Assembly (NCBI RefSeq): GCF_006345805.1
Contig: NC_042998.1
Span: forward strand, 71,486,001-71,550,000
DNA: 64,000 bases
Source of the DNA: Octopus sinensis
Taxonomy: Eukaryota
Reading direction: 5' to 3'
Shown: piece after piece, positions 39,508 through 51,881 of the stretch
How positions within the stretch are numbered: the first letter of the stretch is position 1
Layout: each line of letters begins with the position of its first letter
The notes under the pieces: generated by a model
Database searches by the model: none
The model's input: the letters and a program-made list of their open reading frames with translations, nothing else
Told to the model about the DNA's origin: nothing
Translations under genes and position numbers: made by a program

Positions 39508-41030
39508 TGGAAAGATATATTGTCAGGGCGTAAAATGATGGATATATCATTTTATTTTAAAATAGAAACTAATTTTGTCTCTATAATTTGAGAAGCTCTC
39601 ATGAATTTTCTAATTTGGATTTTCTCCAGATTTTGATTATATTCCACTACAAAATTATACGTGGAGCAGTACAATAGTCAGCATAATTCAGATCACACGC
39701 CTGAGAGACTGCAAAATTGCGAAGGCAGCTGAGGAACGAAAAAGACAGCGTAAGAGAAACATTTTGAGAGTTAAAACGTGGTAGGTAAAGGCGATGGCAT
39801 TAGTACTCGAAATAACTCACTCCGTATTGTCAATTATTTCTAATTTTCTTTCCAAAATGCTATATATACTTTATTTCATGTGGAATCAATGTGAAAATAG
39901 TTTATGCTCGGCATCCTATTAATGTACGCACGCATTCACACACTCATATACGCGATGAATATGTACTTCACAAAAGTCAGCCAGAAATTTGTTAGTAACA
40001 ATACAGTTGGGATATGTGAAGTTTTCCTGAAACTGGTTGGCGTAAAAGAAATCTTCCTTTATGGATGCAGCTGAATTCTGAAACCTCTTATATAGTGTTT
40101 CTTCCAAAACTATTTAAGCAATAGTTTAAAAAATGCTCATAACCTTTTTCTTAGTGCCAACACACACCTTACTAATTTCTATACATTTAGTTCTTAGGTA
40201 TTGTTCTTCTCGTTTTCTGGTAGTCTACTACGACCAACTTTCTCATAGCTTGATCATCTGCAGTTAGCTACCCAAGAAAAATATATAAATGTTCCAGAGT
40301 GGTGCATTTTTATAGGCGGGAACGTTTCCGCAATGCTATAGAAACAAGAATTTGTAAAAACGAAGGCTTGCCTTAAGAATGTTAGCTACACAGCTAAGAG
40401 TTAAGGAATAGAAAAGAATGTAAATTTGATTATTTAGAACTCAGCCCACCGATAAGTTTGGAAGTAATTTAAAATGGTTTCTTCGTTATTGATATTTGAA
40501 GAAATATTTAGATGAAAAAGTATTCGATATACAACATTGTAAACGAGAATATAATATAATATATCATATAATATAAAATAATAAAATACATATATGTACA
40601 TTATTACATACATACAATAATACATACATTCATACATAGATACATGTATACACACAGGCACATACACACACACATATGAGCATAATATTTGGAGGATCAG
40701 ACAGGATAAATATTTTCTACTAATTGAAGAATATATGTAGGCTTCAAGTAGAACATTTACAGTTAAAGATACATTCCGCGGTGTAAGCGTATACGACATT
40801 ATATTTGACTTCTGTAAAATTTGTTAAAAAAGAAATAAAGAAAACTCCCCCAAAACATTAGTCTGGCGTTTGAGGATTACCTTTCAACAAAGTACCAAAT
40901 TTGAGAATATTATAACAGTACTGCAAGCAAGCATCCACGTCGAAGAAATACGGATACCTATTCAATACAATACAAAAATGTAACGATATATATGAAAATA
41001 ATTGTACATATGCACATAGCTAAAGATAAA

Positions 41031-41167
41031 AAAGAAAATATTATAACACACACACTCACACATACACACATGTACACCTATAATTGTCTATGAAATATGT
41101 GCGAAATTATGTATACCCATATATATAATTACATAAATGTGTATGTATGTATGTATGTATGTATATA

Positions 41168-41210
<43 letters not shown>

Positions 41211-41350
41211 TGCGAATAGAGAGATAATGATCCATTTAACACACATTTATGTAATTATAAATATGGGTATACATAATTTCGCACATATGTCATAGACAAT
41301 TATAGGTGTACATGTGTGTATGTGTGAGTGTGTTTGTGTTATAATATTTT

Positions 41351-41353
<3 letters not shown>
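41031..41353. repeat. ~110-bp-arm inverted repeat around a microsatellite-containing spacer
   Basis: 41031-41142 (...CATGTACACCTATAATTGTCTATGAAATATGTGCGAAATTATGTATACCCAT...) is the reverse complement of 41241-41353, with few mismatches. Confidence 0.88.
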
Positions 41354-41385
<32 letters not shown>

Positions 41386-41764
41386 ATCTACATACATATG
41401 CGGAGTATTGGAGGAGTTAAGTCATTCTTATCGAACGTCAATAAAAATACAATAACTAGAAATTCTGAGAAACTTGATTTTCAGTTGTGTACATGCGTGT
41501 TGTGAGATTTTCTATAACCATACCTATTATGTTTTGCATGAATATTTATATTTGCATAAACATATAAATGGAAACACACGAGCAAATATTTTAAGCACCT
41601 ATTTACATAGCTATCTGTGTGAAAACTTTACATGCCACTCATTTATACAGAGACGCATTAGCACATATATAGTTATAAAAAAAGATATGCAATTCAAATG
41701 CACACATACACACTTACTCACCAGATAAACAGAACCTTCGAACTGGGATCCTACCCGCAGAATT

Positions 41765-42760
41765 TGCTATACAAATGGAAAAGGATCACCACCCAATCTA
41801 GGAATATTTACGTGGAGAAATTTATGGAAAACAGAGCGCTTTAGCAAATGCATGCGCAGAGAAGCGTACGTTATTGGAAAGAGACAAAAAAAATGCCCAC
41901 CCAAAATTAAAGCAGTGCAATCTTTTGAATACATCAACCAAGGCATGATAAAGAAATTAATTTCAGAAATCATTCTAATACGTTCTAAAGCAATTTTATG
42001 AATCATCCAAAGTATTCGCTAAGTAACGAAAATTGCTCCCTTCCGATGTGACCAGCATTATTTATAATATTGGGCAATATTTGTATAAGCAATCCTTTTC
42101 AAGAAATATTACTCAGAAATTATACAGAAACTAACCTTTGCACTCACTACAGTATTAATAAGGATACATAGTATTTAGCCCTGTCTATTATGATAGATTA
42201 TATGTGTTTAGCTGCTAGCTACTGCCAGTAAACCCGAATAATTTAACTGATCCAAAATGCAGAAATATAATCCAGCTAAAATCGAATTAGGTAGAATTAG
42301 CAAGGTCATTATTGATGCAATTAATGATAAATCATACAATCTATTAATCTTCCTGACTATAATAACACTACACCAGTAGTAGAATGACAATGCTGAATCT
42401 GAACTCACAATTTGTGATTTTTGAATTTTGCACTTTTCGTTCAGAAAGACTTTTAAAGACTTTACAAGTTTACTGCACGTGTGGGACCGTCGCATGAATG
42501 TCCATGTATGATATTATGCATGACAGAACGACGTGTTTCGGTGATATTTCAGAGTGAGACATTACTTTGGACATATCTCTTTTGGCTGGTGTGATGAATC
42601 AGAAATCTGCAACGTTAGAGGACTTTTTATTAGTTAGCCTCATAGCAAAATCTGATTTTGTAAAATTAGAATTATTCAGAAATATGGTCTAATAATATCT
42701 GTAATAGGACGAGCCAGCAATTATGCAGCAAGGATTTGAACTAAAATTTTCGTAAGTAGC
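41765..42760 (+). mobile_element. Penelope-like element fragment (N-terminus and RT), highly decayed
   Basis: Frameshifted translation gives CMRREAY, KKCPPKIKAVQSFE, INFRNHSNTF, PKCRNINPAKIELGRISKVIIDAINDK and a SEICNVRGLF block, homologous to IKWKAF, SRKEPPFNKELQLLE, PKVRLICPCKSDLGKLSKFILD and AQATDLVGIF in the large PLE. Confidence 0.72.
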
Positions 42761-43141
42761 GATAATAAAGTAATACAATTTTAGTTATTGTTCGCAACCT
42801 AATTTGTATCTCTTATCAGAAGCTAAACGAAATCACGTATTATATTCTGAAAGGCAAACACTGTACTCATGTTATTGTGTTTTGGGATGTACACACACAC
42901 GCACACACATATTTTACATACATATATACATATATATGTATATATATGTATATGAAGATGTCATATATACGTATACGTATATATAAAGCAAATACGTAAC
43001 AAGGATATCCAAGTATCAGTGCATTACGGACGTTTTAAGCGGCTCCATTTAATCGATCAATCAACACATTATATCGATTTGAAACAAACCGCTGTCCTCG
43101 GCTGCAGACGACCATTTAGATTTCCAACATAAAGGATAAAC

Positions 43142-44240
43142 CAGGGTTTCCAAACCTGGGAGATATCGCCCACCATTTCCTAAAAAGTCGTTAATCGCCC
43201 ACCTGATAAAAGAATTCATAGAAGCGGAATCGGCAAAGGCAGCAATTTATCAGGTGGGCGATTAACGACTTTTTAGGAAATGGTGGGCGATAAAGGATTT
43301 TCGGTAATTAAAATTTTGATGGGTGATAAAGGATTTTCTGTAGTTAAGTATGTTTTCCCTAGTCTAAATTAAGGAAGTAGTATCCAGCTGTATGATTATA
43401 ATTCATCTGTCCTTACCAGTGAAATAAACAACCCCTTCTGTCTGCTTAATGAAACAAACAACTCTATCAATCTGCTTACCTTGCTACCTCACCCAAGTGA
43501 GACAAACGACCCTTCAGTCACCTAAGATAAAACGCCTACACAGCGGCTAAATATTTTATTTTGGCGTAAATAGAGTAGCTTCAAACAATTTAGCCAGTTG
43601 ACCTTTGGCAGACCCAGCTCGCATATCGTCGTTTCTCTCCTCTGCCGCTCACACACTTCTGTATTTCTGTACTGCCGCTTCATGTATGGAATTCTGTATT
43701 GCCGCTTCATGTATGGAAGAAATCACTGAACGAACTATATCTCTTTTCCGCCCGTCCTTTCCCTTCTGCCTTCGGCCGTTCATCTTTATCGTATGTAATA
43801 ACAGTCCTTTTTAGGGCTATTCTCAGATCAGATCAGATCAGAAGAACTGACCAAACCCACGTCACTACACTTACATTGGACGCACACACATATGCGTACA
43901 TCGTGAATTGCTGATAAATAATTAATGCTGTACTGGCGACAAGTTTTGATTACCGGAGGAACCAGAAAGTTAAATTCGAAAAAAGAATTCATAGATGAAA
44001 TGGCCAGCAATGTCAAACATCAACTTATTCAAATTCTCCAGTGTTCTGAATTTTCTATACAAGTGGAGGAGTCAACGGTTATAGATAACCAATTTTAGTT
44101 GATGGTTTACGTTCGGTATTTTGAAGAATACCTTCAACCTGGTGAGAAAATGCTGTTCACAGAGAACTGTATGCTTGATGCAAAAGCTACATCTATTTTC
44201 ATCATATCCACTATTATTCCCAGTGGGTCTGATGGGGCCC
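43142..44240 (+). mobile_element. hAT (Buster/Charlie-type) transposon 5' fragment
   Basis: TIR-like CAGGGTTTCCAAACCTGGG at 43142. Transposase remnant IDEMASNVKHQLIQILQCSEFSIQVEESTVIDN..LMVYVRYF..KMLF..SDGA (43990-44240) carries the (D)ES and DGA hAT motifs. Confidence 0.8.
43164..43292. repeat. Perfect 47-bp inverted repeat with a 35-nt loop in the hAT subterminus
   Basis: 43164-43210 is the exact reverse complement of 43246-43292. Confidence 0.93.
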
Positions 44241-46630
44241 TCTTCCATAGTTTGAAAGATACAGAGGTTTTTCATATCTCCTAAATTTTCTGCGAGAATT
44301 TCGTATCGTTTGTGTAGCTTGCAAGGGTGGCTATTCGGGCACTTGAGGGCTTATCTGAGAAGGCCACTGTAAAAAGCAGTGCCCTGTGGAACACTGCTTC
44401 CTATTTGTGTTTTCAAAGAAGTGGCTCCATTAGCCCCTACTGCCTGACTTCTATCTTTCACAAAGTCATGTAGCCACTCTCCATGTTTTCCAGCTATGCC
44501 TAGATCACACAGTTTGTGGCATATCATACCATGATCCATTTGTCAAACGCTTTTGCAAAATCAAGGTATATTATGTCCACATTTGAGTTGTTGAGTAACT
44601 ACCTCAACACCTAGTCATAATATTGCAAGATCTGGGTCAGGCAGCTCCTACCTGGTCGAAAGCCATGCTGGTTATCACTCAACAAGATATGTTCTTCATA
44701 GTATGCGATTAGTTCCCCTCTGACTATCCACTCCATGACGTTGGTGATGTGTGAAGTCAGAGAGATAAGTCTATAGGTTTTCGCATCTGCTCTGCTTCCC
44801 TCTTTATGGATTGGGTATATTATTTCCTCTTTCAGCTTGCTCGACAGTCTGACATTTGCAAGAAAGCTATGGAAGAGAATCTGGAGGGGTTTTTCCAGGA
44901 CATGCTTACACGATTTGAGGAGGATTGCTGGGAAACCATGAGGATCAGCAGTTGAGTTTGTGTCCACTTCATCTAGGGCTAGTAGTATATCTTCTTCGCT
45001 AATGTCGATATATTCCATCGTAACTTCCTCGCTGGTTATAGGTGCGGCGGCAAAGAAATTCACTGGTTCGTTCACTTGTCTGTGTTCCAACGGGATGCTA
45101 AAGACACATTTCAGCTGGCCACTCAGCACCTCATTGATCCTTTTGGAAGAGGGGTCCTATCTTGCAGCGTACTGAGGCTGTTTCTTTCTCGTAATGAAAG
45201 AAGGCCTTTGGGTTTGACTTAATGCTTTTTATAACCCAGGCTTCTTTGTCTGTTCTTTCCCTCACATAGGATTGTTGCTGTCTTTTTTCAATCTCCATCA
45301 GTGTTGATTTTAGGCGGGACCTTTCTCTACTTTTTGGGATGCTGGTTGATTCGATTTGCAACATTCGTCCGTCGTCTCATGAGGATCTTCCTCTTCCTTG
45401 GAATTTAATTCTATTTGTTTTGGCCTTGTGCTCTGGGATGTATTTCTGGCATATGAATTTCACAACAGACATGGGACATTCTAATTTCATACCAATATCT
45501 GGTGTGGAGAGATATTCCGGCCAGTCCTCTCTGAGGATCTCTTTCCGGATCGATATCCAGTCTGCTTTGTGAAAGTTCAGACTGGAGAGATTTCAGGTGC
45601 TTCCTTTAGGCTGCATGTCTCTGGTTACTTTCGGCCGAAACATTGACAGCTCTATTATATTGTGATCCGAGACTTATGTCGGCGTCACTTTCACATAATG
45701 AATGATGTCCATATTGTTCGTGAAGCAGAGATCCAGAATGTTATTCGCCCTACTTGGTCTCAGTACAGCTTGCTCCATGAATAGGGCATTGGTGAGCTTG
45801 AGCAGGGACTCCAACTGTGCTTGCTTGCAATGAGTCACTTCTGAGAGTATGAGACCTTCGGTTCATTTGACGTTGGGGAAGTTGAAATCACCCATAAGAA
45901 ATATAGTCACGTGGTGTTCCAGTTACATGAGGATTTCAATAATTCTTGTGAAGCAATCTTCAAACTTGCCTATGTGTTTTGGGGCATCCGGTGGGCAATA
46001 TGTATTGAATATTACTATATTATGTTGTTTAATGTATACAATTAGAGTGTCACATACCGAATTTGTGTATGACAGTAAGACCTGGGGTGTGAAGTCGTCA
46101 CGGATGTATACAGCAACTCCACCATGGCTCCTTTCCCTTCTTGCTGTTCACAGTATGGCATATTTTGGTACGTGTACTTCAGCATCCTCTACATCACGGA
46201 TGAGGTGCTAAGCATAGGGCTTGTTTGCATGCAACAAAGTATCTCAGGAGAAAACATTTGCTTTTATTATGATGCAACAGACCCCAATATTTAGTAAAAA
46301 TATTGACGTGACGACTGTGCAGGGGTTAGGGGAAGTCACCCCGTGTCTGTGGGATGTGCTGTTTCATGCGCAGTGGTGGGCAAGGTTCCTTGTTTGTGCT
46401 TGGTGTAGCCAGGTCAGCTTCTGCACAATCTTTTGCACCATGTACAAAAGAGACAAACGCGTGAAGCCGCCTCACGCCTTGACTCGCGCGCGAGGTACGG
46501 TAGCTGGTGCAACGGCCCATACGCGTCGATCTCAGCCTAATATTTGCGCCACGAACAATGTGGAAGGCCGACCACCTCGTCGAGACCGGGTGGTGAACGC
46601 GGATGCGCCGCCCTGAACAGGCCGAGCGTA
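44240..46630 (-). mobile_element. CR1/L2-group LINE (APE endonuclease + RT), 3' part missing
   Basis: Minus-strand motifs HGGVAVYI, YCPPD, MGDFNFPNV, LDLCF, KSNPKAFFHY, YRLISLTSH, QHGFRPGRSCLTQIL, YLDFAKAF, VPQGT and a decayed SYTNDTK (YADDTK). The sequence stops shortly after the YADD region and abuts the hAT fragment. Confidence 0.9.
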
Positions 46631-49600
46631 TATATACGAAGTTGCTGAAATCATATAAAACTCCGAAAGAATGTCATTTGCATATTTGAATAAATAGCGG
46701 CCAGGCGTACACCAGAATTCAATGTAAACATTTATTTAGTTTTTCGGACCGTTTTCCTTCTGGATGTATGTGACAGGAAATATATCATAACTGCTTAACA
46801 AGTAGCTGGGTAAAAGGAATTTGGGGAAAAGCTACGGAAATGTATGAGAAATTTTATTTTATTCAGAAAGTATCCGAATATTTTCTCCATTCGTCGAGGC
46901 TAAATCGTAATGAACTGCTAGACTGCCAGATCTTATAATCAACCTGGCTTCTTCTAGGCTCACTTTCCTGAAGGTTCTATTTTACAGAAATGCTACAGGA
47001 CCACATAAATATATTTCCAGGCGAAATATTGTTATGCTGTTTATACATTCATCAAAATCTTTGACATTGTTGTCCGGAAGACTAGAAAGCTTATGTAATA
47101 GCGTTACTAGAAAACAGCTAAGCTATACCAACAGATTCCAGCAATTGAACGACGTGAAATAATATGTAAATAAGTTAATAAGTAAATGAATAGACGTATG
47201 AAGTCCCTTGATCTGTTTACGATATACTCAATAGGAACAAGTATAGAGTTTGTTCAGGATAAATTGTTACTACGCAATTGGAAAGCAAGCCACCTAGGAA
47301 TATATTTTTATTGAAGATGTAACGATTTCTCTGTTATCTTATAAGGAATACTACAATAGGTAGCGGTGGGTGGAAATACTTGAAATGGAAAACCTTGTAA
47401 CAGGGAAAGCATAACGAAGGAATTTGATAGTATAAGAGAAAACTACGGTATTCAGAATTCTCCGATATAATTAATTAATAGCATGCATTTTCTTGATTGT
47501 TCATGTCATCAAGTTTACATGTGAGCAACGTCATTGGGTGCACGATGCGATGCTGTTTATTAGTGTTATATCGGCAAAGCATTATCCAAACCAGAACCTT
47601 TTATATGAAGAATTATGTACAGCATTTGTTTAAAAAAATAAAGAAACAGAGGCTTAACACTGATTATCATTTTTACAATATCTAAATTACCATGCGTCTA
47701 GGTGCCTCTATGTAACAGGTTTTCGGACATGAAGCAAGAAAGATCATGCCTTTTTGAATGGAGTTGGTCAGAGAGTATTCCCGCGTGGGGGATTTTGTTT
47801 CAAGGAAGTTTCACAGTAACAGGAGCATAAAGATACTATATCTTGGAACAGCAACAAGGTGATGCAGCTCGGACTGGTAAGGGCATATTTGTTGTGATAT
47901 TGGAATAAGAAATATTAACGTAATTATTTCGATATACAGAGAGGATAGACATGCAAACAATCTATTTAGAGCTAAAAACACATTCTAACCCTGTGCAATC
48001 AAACGGAGGGTGTTGCCCATACCATAGATGTTGAAAACCTAATCCTGTAGGAAAATATGCATTTGAAGTTTTAAAGTGGTAGATGGCATAATGACTGTGT
48101 GTGTATGCATGTGTGTGTATGCATGTGTGTGTATGTATGTGTTGTTTACTGTTTTGTAAGATCAACAAATATGAGCTCCATCCAGTGAGAGATAATAACA
48201 TTTATTGAACACAATATGACGATATGAGCTACAAAAAGTGTTTTGTAGTGAAAAGTCACATCGAAGGAGACTTCTATGTGAGGTCTGAGCACATGGTCTG
48301 TTCTATTTAAAAATCAAGACGCTGGTGCATAAGAAATAACGAGAAGAAACGTGAATAATGATGCAAAACGTGGAATGTGACTAAAAACGATGGGGAGAGA
48401 AAATTAATTATATAGAAGCCATAAATCTAAAAACAACTCCGTATTGTAGAATGATCCGGACAGAGTAATATCTTTCAGTTCGCAAAATCAAATTTGTCCA
48501 TTTGCTCGCATTTATTGGAAATTTCTGATCTAGAATTACATTGTTATAATTGAGAAAGAATGTGAAATCATTCAACTACTTAGAAATAGTTAACAACAAA
48601 CCAGATGAGGACAAACATCGGTCAAATGAAAATAATGTAAATCATATATATATATATATTATATATATATATATTGTCCGGATGTTTTGTTGTCGGCTGT
48701 TAGGTTCTTGTTCCATTTTTGTCTTGGTTTACATATATATATAAATATACATACATTCACAAATATATATGCATAAATAATTGCGTCTATGAGTGGATAC
48801 ATGTGTAAATTCTGATGCCCAAATTCTAATGAATAATATGTTTGTATGTTAGTGAAAGACTATTTCTAAATTGGTGAGAAATTTGGAAACGAAAGCAGAA
48901 GTTCATATAGACGTTTTCGCCTTATCTGCACGCAATCTCCCGCAATCACCGTGAATTTAAGGAAATCTCACATGTTTTCTCCTTCTTTCTGCACATACCA
49001 CATATCTTTCTCCATATCAACTGCAAAACGTGATCATGGTATATACCGAAAATATCTTTGAAGACCGAACTCCCCCTCGGATAGAGTGTAACATCAGTTA
49101 GATAGGACTAACAATAATACTTTTCTGAGGAAAAGATGTTCACAATTGACGATTATTTCCAAATGAATCCATTATATAAAGATACTGAACTTATCCCCAG
49201 AGAACACGCCACTGAAATATACACCCAGAAACTAAAAAGTTAGTTTTTATTGTAAATCCATCACTACAACATAGTAAGTCATTACACAGCTTGTGTAGAC
49301 TATCAATGATATAACCACGATCCCATTCATACATAACAGATAGCCATGAAAAGCATTCCTTACTATGAACTCGTAGCACCATTTCCTAAGGTGTTCCTTT
49401 CAAATAATTGTTAGGGATTTGACGTGCATTTTATAACTTATAAAAGGTAAGTTACATACATTTTCTTGATGGCTATTATTATTAACGTCTGGAAATTTGA
49501 TTTTCTGGAGAGAGTGGCTATGCTGAAGGACATCGGGGTAGTGTACAGTGCTTTTGCTTAATGACGCATCGCTGGAGGCTAATGATAGCGCCTTGCACGT

Positions 49601-49705
49601 GCTAATATAACACGTCAACACACTTTCATTTTCATTTGTTTAGACCCACAAACAATAGCACATTGACGTAAACATACACACATGCGTGTGTGTGTTTATA
49701 TATAT

Positions 49706-50041
49706 TGAGACCCCCTTCAGTCATGACTGACCGTAGGCTTGCACTTATGAAGTTACCCTCCCAGGCTCAAGTATTGGGCAAGATTGTTTATGGAAGACCA
49801 GCAGTCGCCCATGCATACCGGCCTCCCCTCTCCACACCACCAGTGTTATCTAAGGGAAAGGCAAAGGCCAATACAGTTTGGCACCAGTGACGTCGCAACT
49901 CATTTCTACAGCTGAGTGAACTGGAGCAACGTGAAATAAGTGTCTTGCTCAAGAACACAACACGCAGCCCGGTCCGGGATTCGAACTCACAACCTCACGA
50001 TAGTAAGCTCGACGCTCTAACCACTGAGCCATGCGTCTTCG
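49706..50041 (-). mobile_element. tRNA-derived SINE family C, full length
   Basis: Reverse complement GAAGACGCATGGCTCAGTGGTTAGAGCG...GAGTTCGAATCCCGGACCGG (A/B boxes), central body, and 3' GTCAGTCATGACTGAAGGGGGTCTC. Confidence 0.88.
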
Positions 50042-50043
50042 CG

Positions 50044-50092
<49 letters not shown>

Positions 50093-50112
50093 TTATATGT
50101 AATTATGTATGA

Positions 50113-50170
<58 letters not shown>

Positions 50171-50173
<3 letters not shown>

Positions 50174-51759
50174 ATAAATATTAGGAATAAATCCAATTTA
50201 CAGGGAAAAAATCAGATTTAGGATTAAATCGATTTTATAGTAAAATATTATAAATATATTCGAGACAAAACACTATTTTGCAAAACAATCAAGGAAAGAC
50301 TTAATCAATACATAAAATTTTAATAAATAGTCAAAAAAACCGCCACTACAATCGTTTCTTGTCTTGATCGACAATCTTCAGGTGGACTTCCAATCTAAAA
50401 AATCAATATTTTAAAATATAAAAATAATAATTTTAAAATAATTAAAGTATGAATGAAAAAATATAAGTATATAATCCATATATAACCTATCTATAATCCA
50501 TATATAATCAATATATAAACAATATATAAACTAAAAAAACCTATCAACAATTAAATATAAAATATAAAATATGAAATATAAAACAAAACAAAAAAAAAAA
50601 AAAAAAAATAATAATAATATAATAATAAACTATATATACACCCATACGCATATACCTAATTATATATAACCATATCTAACTACATACACTAAATCACACA
50701 CCTATATATATATCCCTATACATACACATAAAAATGTCTAGGCAACTATAAATAAATAAAATAGCTAAATACTTCAACACAATACTTATTCATACTCCCA
50801 CACACACACACATACAACCCACATTCACGCTCTAGAAAACGGACATCACTCAAAACTATGAACGGAGAAATAGAATAAATGGAATTAAAAATTATATTCA
50901 CTTGATAAAACGAACACTACTTAAAAATTATGAATGAAACAATGCAATAAAACAACAGACATCGCAAATAGACACAAATTACTACAAATTCCTTATCAAA
51001 CCTACCATGATAACCAAAACTCATAAAAACATATAATGATAAAATCTCCCTTTACTAAACTCTATAACAAACCTATATAGCAATCCCCCTAACCTAAACA
51101 TTCACACACAAATACACACACGTAAACCACACACCCACGACATATACAAATACCCACCCCCCTTACACATACCAATACATACATATAAACCTCAACATAT
51201 ACTCCAAAAACCCACTCAACCCCACACAGACAAATAAACACAAAAATTATGAATGGATTCTTTTATAAAACTACCATGATAAGCTAAAACTCACAAAACA
51301 GAAATGATAAAACCTCCCTTTACTAAACACTAAAACATACTTATATAGCAATTCCTTTAACCTATACATTCACACACAAAACCACTCGTAAACCACACAC
51401 CCATAACAAATACAAACTCCCACCCCACTCACACACACCCACAAGTACATATAAGCCTCAACATATAAACCAAACAAAATTACTTTACCAAGGAACTTAA
51501 CATATATATAAAAAGTATAACCGCTCTGGAAACGAACTTCTCTAAATTAATGAATGGAGAAATGGAATAAATGGAATTAAAAATAAAATTCACGTGGCAA
51601 AACGAACACCACTCAAAAATTATGAATGAAACAATATAATAAAACAACCAACATCGAAAATAGACAAATTACTACGAATTCCCTAAAAAAAACCATGATA
51701 AACCAAAACTCTTAAAAAACATATAACGATAAAACCTCCCTTTGCTAAACTCTATAACA
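50171..51759 (-). repeat. Inverted pseudo-LTR copy of the PLE 3' end
   Basis: Read on the minus strand it reproduces 58206-59745 and then runs directly into the leader AAATCGATTTAATCCTAAATCTGATTTTTTCCCTG that precedes the ORF at 51761. Confidence 0.9.
50343..50385 (-). ncRNA. Minimal type I hammerhead ribozyme (inverted copy)
   Basis: Exact reverse complement of 59609-59651. Confidence 0.8.
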
Positions 51760-51881
51760 AAATCGATTTAATCCTAAATCTGATTTTTTCCCTGTAAATT
51801 TGAATTTATTCCCTAATATTTATTATTTATATAATATTGATAATTTTGTATATTGAGTGTAATACCTCAATTTCGTAAATT

